Below, piece after piece: positions 1-9,744 of a stretch of 64,000 nucleotides of DNA (position 1 is its first letter; the number at the start of each line of letters is the position of its first letter). The notes beneath the pieces are model-generated. The model was not told the origin of the DNA. It saw nothing but the letters and a program-made list of their open reading frames with translations, and ran no database searches. The DNA comes from Bacteroidota bacterium (lineage in GTDB: Bacteria; Bacteroidota; Bacteroidia; UKL13-3), in contig JAIXSO010000053.1 of NCBI GenBank assembly GCA_027484685.1, positions 48,164 to 112,163 on the forward strand, read 5' to 3'. Position numbers and translations under genes: made by a program.

Positions 1-8
1 TTGAAAAA

Positions 9-422
9 ATGAACGATAAAATTATGGAATACAATAACAAACAAACTTTAGACGATAAAGAAATTTGCAACCAACTGGCAACCATTATTTGTAATGAACT
101 AACCGATGCAGAAAATAAAATTTGGCATGGTCATCCAGTTTGGTTTTTAAATGGCAATCCTATTGTGGGATATAGCAAACAAAAAGCAGGTATCAGACTT
201 ATGTTTTGGAGCGGTGCAGACTTTGAAGAAGAACAATTAATAGTAAGGGGCGAAAAATTTAAAGACGCATCTGTTTTCATCAACAAAATTTCTGACATTA
301 ACGTAAATGATTTGAACCGTTGGCTTAAAAAATCAAGGAAAATTCAATGGGACTACAAAAACATAGTGAAAAGAAAAGGGAAATTAGAAAAAATAAATTT
401 AGTAAATAATCAAAGCTTATGA
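9..422 (+). CDS. DUF1801 (YdhG-like) domain protein
   Basis: 137 aa with no signal peptide. Motif pattern (WHGHPVW...GYSKQKAGIRLMFWSG) resembles DUF1801/YdhG family proteins. Its stop overlaps the next start (ATGA). Confidence 0.5.
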   Translation: MNDKIMEYNNKQTLDDKEICNQLATIICNELTDAENKIWHGHPVWFLNGNPIVGYSKQKAGIRLMFWSGADFEEEQLIVRGEKFKDASVFINKISDINVNDLNRWLKKSRKIQWDYKNIVKRKGKLEKINLVNNQSL

Positions 423-877
423 AAAGAGTACAATTCATTGTAAAAATAAATGCCCCTGCAAACAAAGTATATGATTTAATGCTAGGCATTAGCAAAAAAC
501 TAACTTATGAACAATGGACTGCTTTGTTCAATCCTACATCTAGCTACGAAGGGAATTGGAATAAGGGCAGCAAAATGTTATTTGTAGGAACTGATGAAAA
601 TGGAGAAAAGGGTGGAATGGTTTCGGAAATAATGGAAAACATACCTAACCAATTTATTTCTATTCGCCATTACGGACTTGTAAAAGCAAATGAAGAAATA
701 ACAGAAGGAACAGAGGTAGAAAAATGGGCAAATGGTTTTGAAAACTATATGTTTGAAGAAAATAACGAAACTACCACCGTAACTGTTGACCTAGACACAT
801 CAGAAGATTTTTTAGATTATATGAACGAAACCTACCCTAAAGCACTCGAAAAGTTGAAAGAAATATGTGAAGAGTAG
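419..877 (+). CDS. SRPBCC/AHSA1-like domain protein
   Basis: 152 aa. Translationally coupled to the upstream ORF. The N-terminus (FIVKINAPANKVYDLM) is typical of SRPBCC ligand-binding folds. Confidence 0.45.
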   Translation: MKRVQFIVKINAPANKVYDLMLGISKKLTYEQWTALFNPTSSYEGNWNKGSKMLFVGTDENGEKGGMVSEIMENIPNQFISIRHYGLVKANEEITEGTEVEKWANGFENYMFEENNETTTVTVDLDTSEDFLDYMNETYPKALEKLKEICEE

Positions 878-1023
878 AATAACTAAACAACTAACATTTA
901 AAAGTATTGAAATATAATTACGGGCAAATTGAAATAGTATAAATACAATATTATTGGTGTCGCTTCGTTATAACACTAACAGCGGCAGGAAGTCATTCAT
1001 TTTTATAAATAGGCAGAAACATT

Positions 1024-2628
1024 ATGAACAAAACGACTTTGAGGAAATTAACAATTATAATATTCGGATTCCTGACTTGTTTAACCACTTATGGGCAAAC
1101 AATTTCTGAACGAATAATTCTAACTGATACTAAAGACTCGTTGTACTTAAATGCAAGTGAAAAATCTTTTGACGAGAAAGGAAATTACTGTTTTATAATC
1201 AAACAAAACGACAAGAAATATTTTGTTACTTCTAAAGAAAAAATTGGCGGCTTTGAATCTATTGGTTCTACTTGGGGAAAGAATGGTAAAATATTTTACA
1301 CAAACTCATATTCTGAACCGAAATACAAACCTTTTTATTATAAAAACGCAGAAGGTACAAAAGTATATGGAACAGCAATAGGAAAGATAGAAGGCTATCA
1401 GACAAGTAGAACCAAGGAAAATATAGCTATTGTTACTTCTTTAAATGATTCTGTTTATTATTATGTTAATGGCAAGTTACTTTTAAAAAAATTGAAAGAC
1501 CCTAATAAGTATTATGGTTTAGATGATGATTGGGTTTCGTTTAGTGAAAATGGTAATGTAATTTACTACCTTTATCAAGAAAATAATTACAAACTTTATG
1601 TAAATAAAATATTAATTGATAGTTCTGAATTTAGTTATACTCAGCTTGCTATCAACGATAATGGAAATTTTGTTTTTGCTAAAGGCAACAATCCAAAACA
1701 AAAAATTGGCAATTATGATTATATGTTTTTTATTCATACCAAGGATACCGTTCTTAATTACGTTAGGACAGTATGGGACTATGAGTTAAAAGAAAATGGT
1801 GCATACTATTACAGTGGAGACGATAATGGTCCAGCTTATATTGCTATAAATAACAAACTTTATAAGAACATAAATCATATTTCAAACATAACATTAATTG
1901 ACTGGAAAAATTTTATGTTCACCTATAGTGAAAATGGGAAAAACAAAATTAATGTAAGTGACAAAATATACTCATACGACTGTGATGAAATATTTTACCC
2001 AACACTTGATAAGGAAGGAAACTTTGCATTTTATGGACAGAAGAATTATTACATATTTAAATATATATATGGTAAAAAAGAAGATAAGCCTATTTCAAAA
2101 TATGGAGTTCGCCCAACACCACTTTACATAAGTCCAAAAGGTGAATCAATTCATTACTTTAAAACTGCCGATTCAATTTATATTCATCAAGACGATAAAC
2201 TTCTATTTAAAACCATTTCAAAAAAATCAAATTTCAAACTTCTACCACAAGATAAAATAATACCAAACAATTTTATTGGAAATAAAGCTGAAAATGGGAA
2301 CTCACTATTTTATATTGAATTTGATTCAAATGGTTACATAGTATTTAACGGTGCTTTTTCAAGGCCAATGATTCCAGCTAAAAATAGCTCTTACTCTGAA
2401 ACAAAAAAAATAGGTGAAATTGTGGCAGGAGAATTTAGCCACAATGGATTTTTTACAATCCAAAAAACAGGCAGTTCAAAATTCTTAATTAACGTAAACA
2501 ATCAAATTTTTAAAGAACTTGAAAATGTTGACGGTATTTTCAAAGACAATTGTTTTTTTAATGGCAAAGAATTGATTTTTTATGGGGTTAAAGGTTTATC
2601 TTTTTATCAATTTAAATTAACTATATGA
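1024..2628 (+). CDS. secreted repeat-rich hypothetical protein
   Basis: 534 aa. N-terminal signal peptide (LTIIIFGFLTCLTTYGQ). Periodic Y/F/G-rich beta-strand-like repeats. The stop overlaps the start of the next gene. Confidence 0.5.
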   Translation: MNKTTLRKLTIIIFGFLTCLTTYGQTISERIILTDTKDSLYLNASEKSFDEKGNYCFIIKQNDKKYFVTSKEKIGGFESIGSTWGKNGKIFYTNSYSEPKYKPFYYKNAEGTKVYGTAIGKIEGYQTSRTKENIAIVTSLNDSVYYYVNGKLLLKKLKDPNKYYGLDDDWVSFSENGNVIYYLYQENNYKLYVNKILIDSSEFSYTQLAINDNGNFVFAKGNNPKQKIGNYDYMFFIHTKDTVLNYVRTVWDYELKENGAYYYSGDDNGPAYIAINNKLYKNINHISNITLIDWKNFMFTYSENGKNKINVSDKIYSYDCDEIFYPTLDKEGNFAFYGQKNYYIFKYIYGKKEDKPISKYGVRPTPLYISPKGESIHYFKTADSIYIHQDDKLLFKTISKKSNFKLLPQDKIIPNNFIGNKAENGNSLFYIEFDSNGYIVFNGAFSRPMIPAKNSSYSETKKIGEIVAGEFSHNGFFTIQKTGSSKFLINVNNQIFKELENVDGIFKDNCFFNGKELIFYGVKGLSFYQFKLTI

Positions 2629-3293
2629 AAAAGCTACTCTTAATAATATTAACTCTAATTTGCTATTCTACAATAGCTCAAAAAATGCCCTCTGACTATT
2701 TTGACGAGTCAAGTAATTACTTTGAAAATGATAATTATGAAAAAGCACTTATAGGCTATCAATACATAATAGATAATTTCCCAAAAAATGAACTTTATCC
2801 AAAGTCTTATTACAATGTTGGATATATTTATTTCACCCAAAAGAAATTTGAAATGGCAATACCCGTATTCAAAACAATTCTTGAAAGTAACTTTAATGAA
2901 AAAGAAAATTTAGGTGGTAGCATTATGGAAGACCCTTACACGAATTATAGACACAAAGCAAGTGAAATTCTAAGTAACATTTATTACGAAAAAAAAATGT
3001 ATGATTCAGCTTTATTATTCTTGGCTTTGTCTGATACTGTATATCCTTATTTGAGTTTTTGTGGCAATGGATATGCTTCAAATTATATTCAAACAGCCTT
3101 GAAGTATTCTTCTATTTATCAAAAACTAAATCAGCCTGAAAAAGCAATTGAGTCATTGTTGCCAAATGTTTTTGCAACGCTCGCAAACAATACTAAAGTA
3201 ATTGAAGAGTTAAAGAAGTTGCTTGCAAACAAAAAGAATTTAAAGAAAGAACTTGATGAATCAATAAACAAAATATATTCAAAAAAATTATAA
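2625..3293 (+). CDS. secreted TPR-like protein
   Basis: 222 aa. Signal peptide (LLLIILTLICYSTIAQ). A/Y/L-rich helical repeats consistent with TPR. ATGA overlap with the upstream gene. Confidence 0.45.
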   Translation: MKKLLLIILTLICYSTIAQKMPSDYFDESSNYFENDNYEKALIGYQYIIDNFPKNELYPKSYYNVGYIYFTQKKFEMAIPVFKTILESNFNEKENLGGSIMEDPYTNYRHKASEILSNIYYEKKMYDSALLFLALSDTVYPYLSFCGNGYASNYIQTALKYSSIYQKLNQPEKAIESLLPNVFATLANNTKVIEELKKLLANKKNLKKELDESINKIYSKKL

Positions 3294-3592
3294 AAAACGA
3301 TTACTCATATACTAGGTATTATTTCAAGTTTCTTAATACCGAAATAACAGTTCCAAATAATTACGAAGACGAGAATAATAATTTCAAAAAAGAAAAAGCC
3401 ATTAAAGGTATTAGACAGACTGATTTTTATAAAATGATTCAAAAAATTTGAAAGCAAAAGTGAATGATATTGTTAACAAATCCCTTTCAGCGCTTACAAA
3501 TCAAAAGGTTTCTTCACATTCCGCTAATGCATGAGTTTATGGCTGGTAATAAAATAGCAAATAGTTAGCACTACAAAAAAATATCAAACAAC

Positions 3593-4222
3593 ATGTTGAA
3601 AACAATAACACTATTCATAACAATTACCATTGTGTTTAATTTAAATGGTCAAACGTTAGAAAAAGCAATCAAAGCCTTAAAGAATATAAACAATTTGAAT
3701 CAAATTGAAGCTTTGAAAAAAAAATATCCTAATTTGAATATTTACGTTGATAAAACAGTGTATTCTGATAGCATCAGATTTCCAGAAATCATAAAAGCTA
3801 AGGTGGGCGATGTTCTGCTTAAACAATATCATTCCGAGGAACCTACTTATGTAATAAAAATAGTAGCTGATAGAGATGAAGAATTTTGTAAACTAAAATA
3901 TATTTGCCTTAATTCAACGAAATTAACCAAAAAGGAGATTGATTCGTTAAGAACGGTAATAGAAAGTAAATATAAAAGTGGGATAGATTTTGATACACTT
4001 ATAAATGCATATAATATGGATAACTCCAGAGGGGAACTTGATTGGTTTTATACAGGAATGATGGTTGAAGAAATTGATAGTGCAGTTTTTAACAGAAAAA
4101 AGGGCGATATATTTACTGTTGACGTAAAAAAAACAAAATGGTTTTATATAATGCTAAAAACCCACGACAATAAAATGGAAAAAGCGAAAGTTGCTGTAAT
4201 GATTGAATATACTTTTAGTTAA
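3593..4222 (+). CDS. PpiC-type (parvulin) peptidyl-prolyl isomerase, secreted
   Basis: 209 aa with a signal peptide. The C-terminal motif GELDWFYTGMMVEEIDSAVFNRKKGDIFTV matches the parvulin PPIase signature. Confidence 0.5.
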   Translation: MLKTITLFITITIVFNLNGQTLEKAIKALKNINNLNQIEALKKKYPNLNIYVDKTVYSDSIRFPEIIKAKVGDVLLKQYHSEEPTYVIKIVADRDEEFCKLKYICLNSTKLTKKEIDSLRTVIESKYKSGIDFDTLINAYNMDNSRGELDWFYTGMMVEEIDSAVFNRKKGDIFTVDVKKTKWFYIMLKTHDNKMEKAKVAVMIEYTFS

Positions 4223-4380
4223 TTCCAATTCAGGAAATATTATTAGGATTCAAACCCCATAATTAAAGCAAGAAAATAAAATTGCAGTCAAGGAAAAATA
4301 TCGAAAACACATTGTTGGTATCATTTCTATAAAATAGAATCCCACACTCCACATTTTTGTCACTTCGAACTCCGAATTTA

Positions 4381-5619
4381 TTATTCCAAATCAGTATTCA
4401 GTTTGTAACGGCAAATACGGTTATTGCCTTTATCGGCTACATAAATCGTTTTACGGTTATAACAAATTCCCATTGGATCGTTAAAATTAAACGGACCATC
4501 AAGTGGTTTTCCATCGGCAGCTCTTCCGCCAAACGATACATTTACTTGCTTTCTAATGGTTGAATTTGCTGGAGGATTAACTCCTTCAAAACCTTGATTG
4601 GTAAATACATAAACCGAATCTGTTTCACTATCCACTACAAAAAAGTAGTTGGTAGCATCAGGAGCTATAAAACAATCTTCGGGTTTTTTAAACTTAAATG
4701 GCTCATACATAAAGCTATTGGCTTTCGAAATATCAAAATTCAATAAACTAGAAGTTTCGGTGTATTGTGTTCCTAAATCTGGATCGTCAACTACAGTAAT
4801 CAATAATGTTTTGTACTCTAAATTATTGGTTTGATTATTAGAGGTAATCATAAAGTTTTTAGAAGTACTCATACCTTGCAAACGCTGCGGAGGAGCCGAA
4901 AATGTGGCAATTCCTGAAATATCAATGGCTGTTTTTAAACCTGATTCTGTAGCATTTAATCCAATGGCATAACCAATATTGGTTCCTGTTGGGCTAAACA
5001 ATAAAACTGCATTATCTGGCCTAACAAATGTATTTTGCTGGTTACGAGGACCTTTTCTGGTAACATATAAAGTATTATCGCTTAAACAAGCTATACCCGT
5101 AAATTCAACTTCTTGGTCAGGTGCACCTCTAAACTGAGTACTTTGGCGCGATTCATCGCAAAACGGATGAATTAAAGTATCTACAAATTTATAGTTTCCT
5201 TGGCCTGTTCCTTCTAAATGGTAAACACAAGTTACAGTAGCATTTACAGTTGCATCAAACACTTTTCCAATTACATAAGTGTGTAATCTTCTGTCTTGTG
5301 TTACTTCTTTTGCGCCTGGTATGGCAATGGTATATGCCAATGTACCTTTTTGATCAAGCACATTTAGACCTTTGTCATCAACCACATATATCATCTCATC
5401 AAAACCCACATACACATCTACCGGATTTTGAAAACCTTTAAAAAACGGAAATACTGGTACATAACTAACTGCTTTTGGCACCAAGTTAGGATCAATTTGT
5501 CCTTGTTGTAATACTTCATCAACGGTATCATTTTGTTTGCTACCAAACACCGAACACGATGATATTAAACTAATTACAGCTACAGTTAAAAAAATATATT
5601 TTACAAAAGTTGATTTCAT
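4381..5619 (-). CDS. NHL-repeat lipoprotein
   Basis: 412 aa. Signal peptide plus lipobox (ISLISSCSV). The C-terminal NHL-like repeat (GICYNRKTIYVADKGNNRICRY) suggests a beta-propeller. There is a 7-nt gap to the upstream OM-protein gene, so they likely form an operon. Confidence 0.5.
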   Translation of the reverse strand: MKSTFVKYIFLTVAVISLISSCSVFGSKQNDTVDEVLQQGQIDPNLVPKAVSYVPVFPFFKGFQNPVDVYVGFDEMIYVVDDKGLNVLDQKGTLAYTIAIPGAKEVTQDRRLHTYVIGKVFDATVNATVTCVYHLEGTGQGNYKFVDTLIHPFCDESRQSTQFRGAPDQEVEFTGIACLSDNTLYVTRKGPRNQQNTFVRPDNAVLLFSPTGTNIGYAIGLNATESGLKTAIDISGIATFSAPPQRLQGMSTSKNFMITSNNQTNNLEYKTLLITVVDDPDLGTQYTETSSLLNFDISKANSFMYEPFKFKKPEDCFIAPDATNYFFVVDSETDSVYVFTNQGFEGVNPPANSTIRKQVNVSFGGRAADGKPLDGPFNFNDPMGICYNRKTIYVADKGNNRICRYKLNTDLE

Positions 5620-5626
5620 TTTTTAA

Positions 5627-6652
5627 TTATTTAATGGTAAATAATAAACCAATTCTATGAATATTGCCAATGCGCGATTTGCTCACCAAACCATAATCAA
5701 TACCAAAATTACCAAAACTACGAGGCAATTTAATTCCAAAACCTAAACTTGGAAAATTATTAGCTTCATCTAAGCCAAACTCCCAACCGCTGCGGCCATA
5801 AAGAATTTTTTTCCAGCTATACTCCACTCCTAGTCCTACTGTTTCGTTATTATCGGTTGGATGGTTTAATTGCGCAGCAGTAGTTAGTACGTGGGTTTTA
5901 TTGCTAATTGGGTCAATGGCAAAACCTAACCTAAATACAGCAGGTGCCGAAACTGGTGTAAAATCGTTTTTTTGAGTTTCGCCATTTAATTTTAAAATAG
6001 TAACACTTCCTGTTGGGGCCACATTCACGCCAAAATTAGAAAACGTAACTCCAAAACGTGAATTTTTGATACCAATATTATAAGTTAAACCTAAATCGAA
6101 AAGTACATTATTTACTGATACGTTTGCTATAACCTCTTGCGCAAATTTGGCTTGTAAACCAAAACTAAAACTATTGGTTAAAATTTTTGCAAAACTAACA
6201 CCTATAGAAGTGCTTCCCATCAAGACATTTCTGCCTGTTCCGTTTGGTTCAAACTCTGTTGTTTCTTTGGTATCGCCAAAGCCTAAACTCATTACATTTA
6301 CGCCCACATAACTTAATTTGCCAGCTTTAAAAGCCACCGCACCGTAATTTACTTGGCTATTGCCAAACCAACGTGTGTGCGAAAACTGCGCAGTTACTTT
6401 ACCTGTATCAATTCCGGTAATTCCCGCAGGATTCCAATACAAAGCGGCAGCATCGTTGGTTAACCCAACCACAGCACCACCCATTGCAGCCGAACGTGCA
6501 TCAGGAACAATTTTTAAAAACTGCATACCACTTCCTCCTGTGCGGCTATTACCAAAGGTTGGCAATATTTGTGCTTGCGCAAAAGAGGCAGTAATTAATA
6601 AAATATATAATAATTTGAATTTAAACTTCATTGTTTTATAAAAGCCGTGCAA
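5627..6652 (-). CDS. outer-membrane beta-barrel protein, PorV/PorQ (UPF0164-like) family, T9SS-associated
   Basis: 341 aa with a signal peptide. N-terminal motif FLKIVPDARSAAMGGAVVGLTNDAAALYWNPAGIT is characteristic of the PorV/PorQ family. Alternating hydrophobic beta-strands and a C-terminal aromatic residue. Confidence 0.5.
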   Translation of the reverse strand: MHGFYKTMKFKFKLLYILLITASFAQAQILPTFGNSRTGGSGMQFLKIVPDARSAAMGGAVVGLTNDAAALYWNPAGITGIDTGKVTAQFSHTRWFGNSQVNYGAVAFKAGKLSYVGVNVMSLGFGDTKETTEFEPNGTGRNVLMGSTSIGVSFAKILTNSFSFGLQAKFAQEVIANVSVNNVLFDLGLTYNIGIKNSRFGVTFSNFGVNVAPTGSVTILKLNGETQKNDFTPVSAPAVFRLGFAIDPISNKTHVLTTAAQLNHPTDNNETVGLGVEYSWKKILYGRSGWEFGLDEANNFPSLGFGIKLPRSFGNFGIDYGLVSKSRIGNIHRIGLLFTIK

Positions 6653-7000
6653 AATAAAACATTATTTTATATTCTAAAGGTTAATTGTTTGTGAAGTTAA
6701 TTTAGTTGTTAGTTGTTAGTTGATGGTTGTCGGTTGATAGACAATAGACGATAGACCATGGTTTTGGGTTTAAATCAATAGTGGTAATTATTTTTAATTG
6801 CAAAATATTGGCAATAAAATGCTTGAAAAGAAGATAGCTAAATTTAAAATATTTCATTTCAATATTTACTGAGTTCAATTGCTATTGGACTTCTCTTTCA
6901 CTAATATTTTTTTGCAAACTGATAAAATAAAGCAAATAGTCATTCAGTAGGAATCCCCTTAATATGGCAACCAAGTTAGCTAATGGATAAGTAATTTCTT

Positions 7001-7125
7001 TTTTTCTGCTTTCTTTTTCCTTAGATGAAAAAGAAACAAAAAATCAAGGCAAAAAAATGCTTCCACGCACGTGGCCTGGGCTGGCCCGCTTTTTTGCCAG
7101 CCCCACTCACATCGTTAATGGAATA
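7001..7125. repeat. ~125-bp GC-rich intergenic repeat, copy A (inverted partner at 19741-19867)
   Basis: The reverse complement of 7001-7125 aligns to 19741-19867 at roughly 88% identity. It contains a GC-rich hairpin, gggctggc-N10-gccagccc. Confidence 0.8.
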
Positions 7126-7310
7126 ATTATAATATAATTTGGTTTTCTTTAACACAACCCAAATTTTTAAATTCCGAAGGGTTTTTATTTTTTTGAAAAA
7201 AATTATTACATAAAAAATTCAATGGTTTTAAAGTTGACAACATTCTAATTTTTCTTGAACTTAAACTAACCTAAGCAACACAAAAGTTTTAAATTAAAAT
7301 AAAACAACTT

Positions 7311-7318
7311 ATGTTTGA
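7311..7318 (+). promoter_or_regulatory. candidate Bacteroidetes -7 box (TAtgTTTG) for the lipoprotein triplet
   Basis: TAnnTTTG motif about 40 nt upstream of the ATG at 7358. No comparable motif lies before the second or third gene, which suggests co-transcription. Confidence 0.3.
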
Positions 7319-7357
7319 ATTACACTTTCAATTAATTGAGAACCCAAAACAGCAAAC

Positions 7358-8005
7358 ATGAAAACCTTAAAGCAAACTTGCCAAATTATAAATACCAAAA
7401 AAATCAAAATTTTTGGGGTTTTGTTTATGGTGCTGTTTTTACAAAGCTGTATGAAAGAAGAATACGACAAGGTAGAACATAAAACCAATTATTATTACTT
7501 AACAGCAGCGCAGCTTAACCAAACACCTTATTTTACCAACCCAACCTTTGATACCATAAGTTTTGCTAGCGATAAAGGCGACACCTTAACCTTTGTAAAA
7601 ACCCAAACCGATGATACTACTTGGTATTGCGAAAATGGCTCTGGAAACCCTAATACAGGCTACGATAAAGATTGTTACCAAACCATACATAATACTTATG
7701 CTACTGTTAAAGGAAATGGGAGTTTTGATGTGAAGCATATAAAAGAAAACAACTATCTAAGTACATATTTACAAATAAAATTCTCTAACCTGATTTTTTA
7801 TTACGATGCTATAGCAATCGATGACGTTACATTTGGAAGATTTATAGGCGATTTTGTGAAAAACAATCAAACTTTTAGAAATACAATTTACACTTACAAT
7901 AATTATACTGATAGTTTAATAGCAATAAGTTATATCAATAAAGACTTTGGCTTGTTTTCAATAAATGATAAATCAACTAATACCCAATATTTAATACTTA
8001 AATAA
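7358..8005 (+). CDS. family-A variable lipoprotein, copy 1
   Basis: 215 aa. Lipobox LQSCM. The first ~120 aa and last ~10 aa are near-identical to the two downstream paralogs, at ~93% nt identity. The middle is divergent. Confidence 0.6.
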   Translation: MKTLKQTCQIINTKKIKIFGVLFMVLFLQSCMKEEYDKVEHKTNYYYLTAAQLNQTPYFTNPTFDTISFASDKGDTLTFVKTQTDDTTWYCENGSGNPNTGYDKDCYQTIHNTYATVKGNGSFDVKHIKENNYLSTYLQIKFSNLIFYYDAIAIDDVTFGRFIGDFVKNNQTFRNTIYTYNNYTDSLIAISYINKDFGLFSINDKSTNTQYLILK

Positions 8006-8029
8006 TTTTAGAAACCCAAAACAGCAAAC

Positions 8030-8677
8030 ATGAAAACCTTACAGCAAACTTGCCAAATTATAAACACCAAAAACTGCAAACTTTTTGGGGTTTTGTTTAT
8101 GGTGCTGTTTATACAAAGCTGTATGAAAGAAGAATACGACAAGTTAGAACATAAAACCAATTATTATTACTTAACAACAGCGCAACTTAACCAAACACCT
8201 TATTTTACCAACCCAACCTTTGATACCATAAGTTTTGCTAGCGATAAAGGCGACACCTTAACCTTTGTAAAAACCAAAACAGATACAAGTTGGTACTGCG
8301 AAAAAGGCTCAGGAAACCCAAACACCGGTTACGATAAAGATTGTTACCAAACCATACATAATACTTACATAACCACAAAAGGAAATGGGAGTTTTGATGT
8401 GAACTACAATTACTATACTTCTCAATATGGATTATTTAGAATTGAATTATTTTTTGGCAATGTACACTTTGTTATTTGTGAGTGTGTAATTAACGACAAA
8501 ACATATAAGAATTATGTTGGTGACTTTAAAATTGGTAACAATACTTTTTCTGATTCATTTTTTGAATTTCATAATTTAGTTGATGATTCAATAGCCAAAG
8601 GATATTTCAACAAGAATTATGGTCTATTTTACTTAAATGACAAATCAACCAATACTGAATATTTAATTCTTAAATAA
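8030..8677 (+). CDS. family-A variable lipoprotein, copy 2
   Basis: 215 aa. Same conserved N-terminal and C-terminal modules as copy 1, with an unrelated middle segment. Confidence 0.6.
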   Translation: MKTLQQTCQIINTKNCKLFGVLFMVLFIQSCMKEEYDKLEHKTNYYYLTTAQLNQTPYFTNPTFDTISFASDKGDTLTFVKTKTDTSWYCEKGSGNPNTGYDKDCYQTIHNTYITTKGNGSFDVNYNYYTSQYGLFRIELFFGNVHFVICECVINDKTYKNYVGDFKIGNNTFSDSFFEFHNLVDDSIAKGYFNKNYGLFYLNDKSTNTEYLILK

Positions 8678-8693
8678 TTTAAAAACAGCAAAC

Positions 8694-9353
8694 ATGAAAA
8701 CCTTACAGCAAACTTGCCAAATTATAAATACCAAAAACATCAAACTTTTTGGGGCATTGATTATGATACTGTTTATACAAAGCTGTATTAAAGAAGAATA
8801 CGATAAGGTAGAACATAAAACCAATTATTATTACTTAACGGCAGCGCAGCTTAACCAAACACCTTATTTTACCAACCCAACCTTTAATACCATAAGTTTT
8901 GCAAGCGATAAAGGCGACACCTTAACCTTTGTAAAAACCCAAACCGATACTACTTGGTATTGCGAAAATGGCTCAGGAAACCCAAATACTGGTTACGATA
9001 AAGATTGTTACCAAACCATACACAATACTTATGCTACTGTTAAAGGTAATGGGAGTTTTGAGGTGAAGCATGGTAATGTTAATTCCAATTTGTTCTTTTA
9101 TCGAACCACAGATATGATTAATTTTCAATTTAATGAATTAAATTTTTTTATTCGGGACTATAGAATTGGAACTAAAAATGGAACAATTTTTTATGATACA
9201 ATATTAGTAGGTAATAACACATTTAGCAATTCAATAAAAATATTTCATAATTTGAATGATTCTGTTTCAGGGGAAGCACTTATAAATAAAGATTTTGGCG
9301 TGTTTTCAATAAATGATAAGCTAAATGATACTGAATATTTTATTCTCAAATAA
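8694..9353 (+). CDS. family-A variable lipoprotein, copy 3
   Basis: 219 aa. Same architecture. Tandem with 16-24 nt spacers that repeat 'aacagcaaacATG'. Confidence 0.6.
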   Translation: MKTLQQTCQIINTKNIKLFGALIMILFIQSCIKEEYDKVEHKTNYYYLTAAQLNQTPYFTNPTFNTISFASDKGDTLTFVKTQTDTTWYCENGSGNPNTGYDKDCYQTIHNTYATVKGNGSFEVKHGNVNSNLFFYRTTDMINFQFNELNFFIRDYRIGTKNGTIFYDTILVGNNTFSNSIKIFHNLNDSVSGEALINKDFGVFSINDKLNDTEYFILK

Positions 9354-9452
9354 TTTCAAAGCGAATAATCCATTTAACCCATAAAACAAAAAAGGTCAGC
9401 TCACGCTAACCTTTTAAAAGTTTTATCTATGGTCCATAAACCATCAACTAAA

Positions 9453-9467
9453 TCACGCAAGGCGTGA
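9453..9467. repeat. 15-bp palindrome TCACGCAAGGCGTGA, copy 1
   Basis: Perfect 6-3-6 palindrome at the nfu stop codon. The same motif occurs at 14286 and 25038. Confidence 0.8.
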
Positions 9468-9468
9468 A

Positions 9469-9705
9469 TCAACTAACAGCCACCACTCGAGTAATTTCGG
9501 GCAAGGCACTTTTAATTCCATTTTCAATGCCTGCTTTCATAGTAATATGGCTAATATCGCAACTACTGCAATTGCCAATTAAACGCACATGCACTTCCAT
9601 TTCATCAGTTACATCAACCAATTCTACATCGCCACCATCGGCTTGTAAAAACGGACGCATGCTGTTTAAAGCAATTTCTATTTTATCTCTCAACGAATCT
9701 GTCAT
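9469..9705 (-). CDS. nfu: NifU-like Fe-S cluster scaffold/carrier (Nfu domain)
   Basis: 78 aa. LQADGGDVELVDV...GNCSSCDIS is the classic NifU C-terminal domain with its CxxC motif. Confidence 0.85.
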   Translation of the reverse strand: MTDSLRDKIEIALNSMRPFLQADGGDVELVDVTDEMEVHVRLIGNCSSCDISHITMKAGIENGIKSALPEITRVVAVS

Positions 9706-9744
9706 TCTTAATTTTTTGCTTTTTACAAATCTATTATAATAACA

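Noticed and set aside
6700-6770. Low-complexity gttgttagttgttagttgatggttg stretch
   Set aside because: A simple short-period AT/G repeat typical of intergenic DNA in this genome (similar stretches at 15775 and 14270). There is no defined unit or structure.
7001-7125. Repeat copies as IS or transposon ends
   Set aside because: No transposase, integrase or recombinase ORF lies anywhere between or near the copies. The enclosed genes are core metabolism. More likely a REP/MITE-like element.
9464-9739. + strand 91-aa ORF
   Set aside because: It lies antisense to, and fully within, the well-supported nfu gene. Low-complexity translation.
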